From assembly GCA_905178155.1 (NCBI GenBank), contig CAJINV010000011.1:1263982-1327981 (forward strand): a stretch of DNA of 64,000 bases, written 5' to 3'. Source of the DNA: Amoebophrya sp. A120. Its lineage: Eukaryota > Protista > Dinoflagellata. Positions 40,101 to 49,500 of this stretch are shown here, piece after piece (within the stretch, counting starts at the first letter, position 1; every line of letters starts with the position of its first letter). The notes under the pieces are model-generated. The model saw only the letters and a program-made list of their open reading frames with translations, had not been told where the DNA came from and did not search any database. Made by a program: the position numbers and the translations under genes.

Positions 40101-42049
40101 GCACTGTTTCCATGACAAGTTCTCGTAGCCCAAATAGCACTAGACTCCAGTCGTGTAGCTTTGTCATGCAAAACCGGCATTCTTGCTGATGCTTGTATTG
40201 CCGTTCATGCTATAATACAAATACAAATGAGAGGGAGGGGGAGTCGTGCATTGTCATATCCCTCCTCCTTGCCGCTCTTGGTTTCCGCCAGCAGTTTCTT
40301 TACGTACGGGAATTTCTGTGAAGTAGATGTCGTCAGCTGCTGCTGCAGCTCCTTCCCCTTCCCCACGTCGCCGCTAATACTAGTAGTTCCGGCGTAATAA
40401 AACGAAAAGTCGAAGTCCGACTCGTTCAATTCCGGGTTGATGGCACGCATGTTATGAAATGCAAAAATGTCTGGGTCTGGATCAAAGCAACTTGTCATGC
40501 TAAATCAGATTCTGAATCCTGTATAAAATCTGTGCTGCATGATTAGCAAAAGCTGTCCACTTTTGACCTAATCGAGAGGCAGTTTCTCATGCAAGATAGG
40601 CATGGTAGAACTCTCACAGAGTCTGTCATGCTCTGTCCTACATACCAGACCTCATGGGTCATGGAAAACCTGCATGACAAGTCTGGCATTCTTCCAGACC
40701 CAGACATATTTGCAATGCATAATCCGGCTTTTGACGGAGGGTGCGAGCCACCTGTCGGGGGGGAAAATGGACGACGAAGACACATTCAAAGAAACGTTGA
40801 GTGGAGCGTACCACCGAAAGCACTTGTGGGCGGAAGGACACCACGGAGCTGCATATGGAAGCGTCAGGATTGAAATCGTAAAAGTTGAAAGAGTTTCAGT
40901 TTGTGACGCGTACTTAAAATGCAACCCGCAAAATGCCTGTCTTGCAGAATAGGCAAGGCAGGCAGATTGTAAGCCTCCTGTTGAGGAGCAGTAGAAATAG
41001 AGTTGCTAGAGTAGCACGACACAAGGCGTCTCTCTTCCTTACTCAAACAGCATGACAAACTGGATTTCGGCTCTGGCCAAATTTGTCATGCGCCACTTGA
41101 AAACTAGGCACCTACTGGCGTCCGTTTTCTGCTGTGTAGTGGTTTTGGTCGGTTTAGCATTACAAATCATTTCAACTTTGCCGTTGTCAATCCTGACACT
41201 CCCATAGTAGAGCAGGGGGTGCTAGTAGTGCTACTGAGGAACATGACGAGGAGGAAGAAGTGGCTAGCAAAAAATCATCGTCCTCGTCGTCCGGGCATGG
41301 TAGTCAGTCTCAGGAGTCCTCCCCGTGGAAACGGTACCATACAACCCCGCGGCACGGCGGTGTGCGTCCGGAAGTGGAGATCCTTTCGCCGACGGCCAAC
41401 GGGTCGGAGATGCATTTTCGCGGAGCCGGTACGTTGCAGCGGGCCCAGGTGCGGGTGTTTGGTGAGAAGTTGGCCGCAGAGGGGGCCCCAGCCGTGATCC
41501 TCGGATTCGACGCGAACTCCAAAACGCACATGGAATACGTGCACTGGGTATAGAACAAGTTTACTTTTTTTCTCTTTGAAATTGAATAAAAAATCAGCAG
41601 GCACCGGTACAAAAACGGTGGCGCACTGTATCTCATGGCTTTAGCTTGATGTGTTTCGTCTTTTCTGCTCTATGCCAAGCGTGCTACCCGTTTGATGTAT
41701 TAGGTGGCACAAGGATACGAGAGTATTGTTCGGCAGGATGGGCGCAATGTTCTTACGAGATGTGATGATGAACGACCGTCGATAGACATAGAAGATTTAG
41801 ATCATTTACTTACTTAGTTACAATTACATCATAACTGGCTGCACGTGCACGACCGGATTACTTATATTTCATTTCAACTTACGAATACCACAGGTGTACC
41901 AGAACTTTTTGTTCAAAAAGGAATACGAGAACATGGTCCCCACGATGAAGGAGGAACTGCAAAACTTCAGTGTGGGCCAGAAGTACGACGAAGAAGTCCA
42001 AGAACTCTTCCTGGAGCAAATGCCGAACTTGAAACGGATTGCTCCCTAA
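37133..42049 (+). CDS. Signal-peptide EEP-superfamily protein, paralogue 1; the internal block 38952-40452 is inverted in this assembly, so functional status is uncertain
   Basis: Reconstructed order: +37133-37763, +38073-38686, -40447..40259, -40012..38952, +40727-40853, +41212-41547, +41894-42049. All joins are in frame and colinear with the protein of paralogue 2. Confidence 0.8.
37764..38067. mobile_element. Degenerate introner / non-canonical intron
   Basis: Interrupts NVVP|KDI, which is contiguous in paralogue 2. Ends tac...ata, flanks tccaa/cccca, TIR weak. Confidence 0.6.
38687..38951. mobile_element. Introner family A, left boundary of the inversion
   Basis: Family A TIRs; body colinear with the 60252 copy. 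Its flanks acatg and cggat do not match each other but match the reverse-complemented flanks of 40453-40721. Confidence 0.93.
40018..40258. mobile_element. Introner family B inside the inverted block
   Basis: Family B TIRs and perfect TSD tccct. On the minus strand, removal gives KSGKEEG|VLKAMMH (paralogue 2: KSGKEKNVLQAMMH). Confidence 0.92.
40453..40721. mobile_element. Introner family A, right boundary of the inversion
   Basis: Family A TIRs; body resembles the 8224 copy. Flanks catgt and atccg. Confidence 0.93.
40854..41206. mobile_element. Introner family G
   Basis: TIR tatggaagcgtcaggattga / tcaatcctgacactcccata. Degenerate TSD ctgca/gtaga. Readable as the AT-AG intron 40853-41210; frame restored (HHGAA|AGGAS). 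Confidence 0.8.
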
Positions 42050-42389
42050 CGTAGAAGAATCTACATTTGGGAGGAGCAGAAGATAAGTTCCTCTATTTCA
42101 CGAGGAACAAAGAACTCTTTTGGGTGAAGTTCTATACTTGCCGTTGACAAATCTAATCAACAACATCCTGTCTGGTTCTTGTTATTCCCTTCTTTTCCAC
42201 CCTGTTCTAGATCATCTAGCATGGTGGATGGTGATGTATGCGACGATGAAGATGTCCGTTTCCCGCACGCCGTGCTAGTAGTCCTTCTTTATATACTAGC
42301 CCTGGCCTCCGTGTAACGAACTTAACACTAGGAACTCGCATCACATAGCTAACTCCTCCTGGTGTAACAAGACCGCCCCACCACAAAAG

Positions 42390-44108
42390 CCCCTAGCTAG
42401 GGAGCGGGGCGGGGGAAGGTTGGGGGGCGGGCCCCCCTGCGTTCCGCCTAGCGGGCGGGAGGGTGCGAAGCGGGGGACCCCAGTGTTACCGCAGGGTTGG
42501 GTGGGGCGGGCCCCCTGCTTAACCACGGAGAGGGGCGGGGGCCCCCTGCGTTCGTGGCCCGCGCCCGCAAGGGCGGGTGGTGGTGGCCCCCTGTTTTCCC
42601 TCTAGCGGGAGGGCGGGTGCGAAGAAAAGGCTCCCTGCCTTCCCAAGCGAGCGACCGACCGAACGGGGCGGGGCCCCCCGGCGGGTGGAGGAGATGGGCC
42701 GGCGGGAGGAAGTTGGGGCGGGGGGCGGGGGCCCCCGGTGTTCTTTGGCGCGGCTGAGAGGGTGCAGAGCTGGGGCCCCCTGCGCTACCACGGGGATTGG
42801 CGGGGGCCCCCTCCTCGCCCTCGAGAGGGGCGGGGGGGCCCCCTGTGTTCGTGGCCTTTTGCGGCAAGGCCTAGGGATGGGGGCCGCCTGTGTTCCCCCT
42901 AGCTAGCTAGCGGGCGGAAGGGCGTGGAGCGGGGGCCAGCCGCCTTCCCTAGTGGGCGACCGACGGACGGACCGGCCCGCCGGGCGGGGGAGGATGGGAG
43001 TATGGGGGGCCTCCTGTGGCAACAAACGAACCAAGGGCGGGGGCCAGAGGCCAGCGGCGGGCGGGCCAGATATCAACCGGGCGGCCGGGCCCGAAGGAAG
43101 GAAGGTGCTTGGGGCGGGCCGGCGGGGGGCCCGAGGGAGTTCAGTTGCTCCGCCAGCCCCCCGCCCCCAGACGCCGTGGCGCACAGGAAAGCCCCAATCC
43201 CCCCCTTGCCGCCGCGATTTAAAGCGTCGCGCGGTCCTTTTTTTTCGCGATGGGCTTCGGTGGCGCCCCTCTTCTTCGCCCCCCTTCCGGCCCCCAGGCA
43301 GGGCCGGATAGGCCCGGGCGTCGGTCCGTGGTTTGTCTGGCGCCGGCCTGTTTCTTTCGATCGGCGACCCATGTTGGCCACCTAATGAGTTGAGCCCAAG
43401 CAACAAAGGGTAAGGGAGCCCGGCCCACCCGCCTTGCCGGGGGGGCGCCAAGCTTACCTCTAGCAAACCCGCACGGACGCGCGCCGCCTCCGCCCGGGAA
43501 ACCGCCCTCGCATAGCGGAAATACCCCGGGGCCCATCCCCCTGGCCGCGGGGAAAGCGTGTAGCCACCGCACCTCGGTACTTTGCCGCGCACGGGCCTAG
43601 GTTGGTTCGTTGGCACGCAGGCAAGCGGGCGCCCAGCTGCCCCATGTCTCTATGCCGCGCACCCGCCCCAAGGAAGGGGCCCCGGCCTTCTAGTGTTGGA
43701 CAATGGACAAAGGCAAACGAATCCGCGCAGCTTGGTAAGCTTTTTGCTTCTGTGCGTGGATGCTGCAAAAGGCCGCGGAAGGACGGGCGCCCGGGCATGC
43801 CGCCCCTGCCCTTTTCTGCATGGCCCGCCGCGTCATCTCTTCCTGATGTTTTCTCCTCCTTTGGCTGGGCATCCGATTGGGCGCGCGCCGCCCCCGGGCG
43901 CCATTTTCGAAGCGGCCGCGCGGCCACTTGGCAAGGCCCGCCTTTCCGATCACCCCGCGCGCTCTTTGCATTCCCCACGCGCACGCCCAAGGCCTTTTTA
44001 TTCCTGCTTGAATCAATGCGAGGGCGGGCGGGGCCCAGCGATTTCGGCTCGATCGGGCGGCAACTGGCTGCCCGAAGTGAAGGCGGGCGCGCCCGCGGCC
44101 GGGCGGTC
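42390..44108. repeat. Very GC-rich degenerate repeat or low-quality sequence flanking an assembly gap
   Basis: Recurrent ggggccccctg(c/t)gttc and ctagcggg motifs, many G/C homopolymers, and an N run directly downstream. Confidence 0.5.
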
Positions 44109-44542
44109 NNNNNNNNNNNNNNNNNNNNNNNNNNNNNNNNNNNNNNNNNNNNNNNNNNNNNNNNNNNNNNNNNNNNNNNNNNNNNNNNNNNNNNNNNNNN
44201 NNNNNNNNNNNNNNNNNNNNNNNNNNNNNNNNNNNNNNNNNNNNNNNNNNNNNNNNNNNNNNNNNNNNNNNNNNNNNNNNNNNNNNNNNNNNNNNNNNNN
44301 NNNNNNNNNNNNNNNNNNNNNNNNNNNNNNNNNNNNNNNNNNNNNNNNNNNNNNNNNNNNNNNNNNNNNNNNNNNNNNNNNNNNNNNNNNNNNNNNNNNN
44401 NNNNNNNNNNNNNNNNNNNNNNNNNNNNNNNNNNNNNNNNNNNNNNNNNNNNNNNNNNNNNNNNNNNNNNNNNNNNNNNNNNNNNNNNNNNNNNNNNNNN
44501 NNNNNNNNNNNNNNNNNNNNNNNNNNNNNNNNNNNNNNNNNN
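44109..44542. other. Assembly gap (N run)
   Basis: Run of n characters. Confidence 1.
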
Positions 44543-44805
44543 GCAGGATGCGAAGTTGCAGGATGCGAAGTTGCAGGATGCGAAGTTGCAGGATGCGAAG
44601 TTGCAGGATTTTCGGCAGAGGTCGCGGCCCCGGAGTTGGTTGAGGTCGCGGAGTTGGTTGAGGTCACGGAGTTGGTTGAGGTCACGGAGTTGGTTGGGGT
44701 CACGGAGTTGGTTGGGGTCGCGGAGTTGGTTGGGGTCGCGGAGTTGGTTGGGGTGGCGGAGTTGGTTGGGGTCGGGTAGTTGGTTGAGTGGTGCGAGTTG
44801 GTTGA
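44543..44805. repeat. Two minisatellites: 15-bp gcaggatgcgaagtt (4 or more copies) and 18-bp gaggtcgcggagttggtt (about 10 copies)
   Basis: Seen directly next to the gap. Confidence 0.9.
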
Positions 44806-45014
44806 AGTGTTTTGTTTTTTTTTGCCCTTATTAACATTATTTTTTACGGCGGTTGTGACAAGGAGCTGCTTCTCGCTATCCTTAATTATTTGCACGCACC
44901 AGTACAAGCTGGTGTATTTTGACTAGAATGAAGATTGGACGCAACTGCACCGGGAAGAACGCGGATGGAGAAACAAAGGGTCAATAGCCATGAAATTGTA
45001 TAAATGCACTATCG

Positions 45015-45171
45015 TATCCTGTGCGAAACAAGTATCGTACTCGTATAAATGCGAGTACTATTCTTGCATTACAAATCCGCACTACAAATTTTTATTTCTT
45101 GAGGTAAATCCGCATTACAAATTTTATTTCTCATGCTGAGAAATTTGTAATGCTAACTTTTGCAGTGCATA
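45015..45171. mobile_element. Introner family C copy outside any evident CDS
   Basis: Starts tatcctgtgcgaaacaagtatcgtactcgtataaatgc and ends acttttgcagtgcata. Perfect TSD tatcg. Contains an internal duplication. Confidence 0.85.
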
Positions 45172-46504
45172 TATCGAAACTGTAACTGCATCTTCCGCGG
45201 CATTGGCATAGTTGTACCCGTACAATTTACTCGGTCCTCATGAAGACCGGTGATAGTGTATCTGGAGACAACTTATGCGTGGAATATCTTTCCGCATCCG
45301 CATTGTCATATTTTTTGACAGAGGTTTTACTAAGAAGAACAACAACAAATCATTATTCATGAAGTTGATCTTTTTGTTTCTGCAAGAAGGATCAAAAACA
45401 ACCCAGTAGTCGTAAGAAACGTTTGAGGAGGTTGTAGACCAGGGACTCCTTCGAGTAAACTAGTGAAAGTCGCTAACTTATGAGCCTATCTTTTTTTTCT
45501 CTTTTCAAAACATTAGTTTCGACACGAAGAGAAGGAAGACGATGAATAGGCGCTCACGAAGGCCGGGTCTCTACTCAAGTAGAACAAGGTTTCTCGGGCT
45601 ATAGGGTTGTATGTTAGTTTTGAGCTTTGTGTTTTCCCAGTCGTTTTGATTGAAATGTAAAAAAAGTTATTAAAGTAAAAGAGGCCAGCCACAGGGACTA
45701 AACTTCTCAGGTTCGCCTGGTTCCTCGCCGGGCGGGCTTGGGAGGTGGAAGAAGCAGGCAGCACCAGAAAAAAAAAGAAGGTGCGGCCAGAAAGTGAAAC
45801 TGGATCCGTACTACTATCTGGAAACTACAGGATGGATATACGGGAATGATGAAAAACAAGAATGATTTTCGTACATTTTGTCAACATTGTACGATGTTTG
45901 TTTTGTTGTATGATGAAAAACAAAGTGTATGATTTGTAAGGGATTTTTGCCTCTCCGTTCGTCCAGACTTTTTGACTCGAGAAGAACCAACACGGACTTT
46001 CGCCCTTAGGCTGGAACTGGGACGGAATTTAAGCTATGCATCTTCATCGCGGGTGCCGCTGCATCAAGTTCCTACAGATCTTCATACTATCCCGATGTTC
46101 CTCATTGTTCTTCTTGTGTGTGCGTTGTCATGAACGTGCGATCTAAGCATATTAGAAGTAGCGCCAACTGATGTAAATACATTTGGTAAAACCCCCGAAG
46201 ATCTGACAAACTAGATTTTCGCATCGCGATCGTCGCAGCGTCGCGCAAGCACTAGGTACTTCTGCTCTGTGTTTTCAGGTCATGCCCTTGATTCGTGAAA
46301 AAGAGAAAACAGATCACGACTGTCCGTGGGACCATTCACACAGTTTTATTTTTGTACTTCTTTGCACGGAACAAAGCTGCGGACTGCCAACTTACAATTA
46401 TTTACGTCAGCGTTATTCTCACGACTCAACCGAAGGATTGTAGTACAATCATTGTACTCCACGATCGCGCCGCCAGTAGAAAAATAACCAGTCACTTTGT
46501 CAAC

Positions 46505-49500
46505 ATGAAGATGGCTTCGCGTCGCTTATTTTCCCTGTCGATTGGCATTGGTGGAGTGCTGGGGCTGTCTCGACTGATCCCTATCGGGATCGTTTTCATC
46601 CGCCCCACTGCTGTGCTCGGGCGCTCAGCTGTCTTTGGAGCGGAGGAGAGGACAAATGAATCTCAATCTTCACTAGTGGCAGATGAGGTCGTGGACGAAG
46701 CCGTCGCACGTTCTGGTACTACTGCCTCAGAAGCCCTTACTACCGCCGCCACTGCAAATGTTGCGGAGCAGGTCGTTGAATCTTCATCGCTTCGTCGTGA
46801 CCAGCAGCAGCCTTTTCTTGATTCCCCGGTACTGTCACAATCACTCGCGTCCTCTGGTGGAACCAGCACGTCGGAGGTTGTGCTGCCGATTAAGAAGCGC
46901 TCGCAGGAGGGATCGGCCTCGGCAGGATCCTCGTCCGGGAAGATACAAAGTCTTGCACGCTCTACAGGTTCCCTACCCGCGGCGCTGGATGAAGAAACCA
47001 TTGTTGGTGGAAATGACGAGCGACATCAAGATACTCAGATGACTACGTCTGGGCTTCGCCTGCAACCTTCAAGGTCGGGTGAGGAAGGAGACGAGGACGT
47101 CGCGATGAAAGCCGACGGAGGTACTAACGATGGTGCAGACAACTCGGAAGATGAAGAGCCGATGGGCGCATCGTGGACCACGCTCGCGCAGCCGACCATT
47201 GCCGAGCATCAACAGCAACTGAGGCAAAGGCGCATGAAACTAACCCGGAGTGGCCGCATGACGCAGGTCTTCGCGAGTCATTCGGGCTCCCTGGATAGAT
47301 CTTCCTCGGGTCCGTTCTCATCTTCCCAGCAGCACGTCAGCGGCCCACTGCCGGGCGGTACCAGTAGTGGCGCGGATGGTGCAGCTGGAGAGTCGGGTTC
47401 TTTACTGGACCCAGAAGGAGTACCATTGCCAGACGTGCCCATGACGTTCACAGACTTCACCCCGGAGAGCCAGGATTCCCTGATGCGACGCGTCCACACG
47501 CTGGTATTGGCGACGACAAAAGACGCCGTGCAGCGGGCGAGAAGCTTTTTTGACCAAAACAGTCCGAGTTACTACCAGAAGAAACCCGAATATCTCCACG
47601 CGAAACCCTCAGAAAAGCTAAAATTCCGCATCGCCGAGGAAATTGTTGGGAGGAACGAGATATCCTGTGCAAAAGTATCGTACTCGTATAAATGCAAGTC
47701 TTGCATTACAAATCTTGTTCTCCATGCAAATCTGTATTACAAATTTTATTTCACATGCTGAAAAGATGCATTTATACGAGTACGATAGGATACTTTTGCA
47801 ATTCATACGAGATCGGCGATTTGGCCAAGTCCGGCGCCTTGATCAACGTGGTGCCGAAAGACATCGTCGCCTCCAAACCGGGCGCAAAAGGATACAACAA
47901 AGCCCACGAGGAAAGGAAGTACCAGGCGCGGCTGAAGTGGGCGCCCACTTCCGTTGCCTTCGCGATGATGACGGATATTTGGACGCCCGCGCGGCGCGTG
48001 GAATTTCTGGATGAGTGGACGAATGAATCGAAGTACCCGGCTAATTCTCTAAAACTTCTCACCACGACCACGGACTACATGCGCACTCTCGAAGAGCGGG
48101 AACAAGCATCGCAAGTACAACCTGGTATGATCGCGAGAGGAGCAGGAGGTAGTGGAGTGGCTGGCGCAGCGCCATCTACAACTACTTGCTGCTCCTCACC
48201 CGGCGCAGCGTTTCTTGCCACAGCTGACCGCCTCGCAAGCTTTCTACCACGACCGTCGAGACGCGGTGGCGCTGCTGGAGCAGCAGGTAGTGGTGGCTCA
48301 TCGGAAGATGTAGACGAGACCACGGAGTTTGACTTTGACACGAACATCCGCACCATTGCGTTTGGCGCGACCTGCGACACGATGTATGTGGCAGAGAACG
48401 AATCCTTGCAGGATGTGCACATGGCTGCCATCAATCCCGAGCTCACGGAGGAAGACTTCTCCTTTTATTACGGAACCAACAGCAGAGGAGATGTAGTTCC
48501 AGCAAGTACTATAGCTACAAAAAAGCAGCTCACTCCGCTGACAACTCACCTCTATCAGTTTCCGTATGTGAAGAAACTTTTACAGGAAACAAAATCCGGC
48601 AAGGAGAAGAACGTTCTGCAAGCCATGATGCACCCGGACGACAAGCAAGTCCTCGGGCTTGCCGCTCCCCACATCCTTCGGCCCTGGCTGGCGAGTGACC
48701 ACGAACCTTTGGAACTGACGGCGACTTTGAAGGTGGAGCTGCAAGGAGACGAAAATAAGGCGTTGCTGCAAAGATTCGTGGAAAGAATGAAGCAGGAGCT
48801 TGGTGACGAACATGGAGGTGGGCGTGGGCAGTCCACAATGTATAAAAATCCGGTAGACGGACGAAGCCGAAAGACCACAACTAGTGGAGCATCATCGTCC
48901 TCATCATCTGCGGCTGCCACCGACGTGCAGCTGGCGCACACTAATACAGCACCTGACTGTACGGCCGGCATGCTGTCCTCAATTACCCTGCTCACCAGCT
49001 GCATGGCCGCTCTAAAAGTTTCCGCGTCGAGCCTGGCCGGAAAAGCGATATTCTCCTCACCGGTAGCGCTATCGGTTGGAGAAGCGCACGACCGGAAGGT
49101 AGCGGAACTGGAAAACTCGAAGACGGTCCAACGCCTAGCGTTCAAAAACGCGGTGAACTTGAACGCTGTTGGCCAGATCATAAGCTACATTCTCAGTATC
49201 AAACACAAGGTCTTCCAGTGGAACACCCTCGGATGGGGCGTTGCGCCCATGCCGCAGCCGAGGGTGAAAGTGGCTACCGGGTGGAAGACGCTGAACGCCG
49301 AAACGGGCGAGGAAGAGGATGAGGAGATCACCTACAATCCCCAACCCGCCGTTGCCGCGGCGGTGTTGCACAAAAAGCTGCGCGAGCTGGACGAATTTTT
49401 GGCGGAGAACCCCATGTCTATCGTGGCAGTGATGTTCCAGGAGGATTTGTACACGGGCAAGCCGAACGAAAACTATGACACGCAAGGTGATGTCGACGAG

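Noticed and set aside
42341-44907. Long ORFs around and across the N gap
   Set aside because: Artefacts of extreme GC content, the N run and minisatellites.
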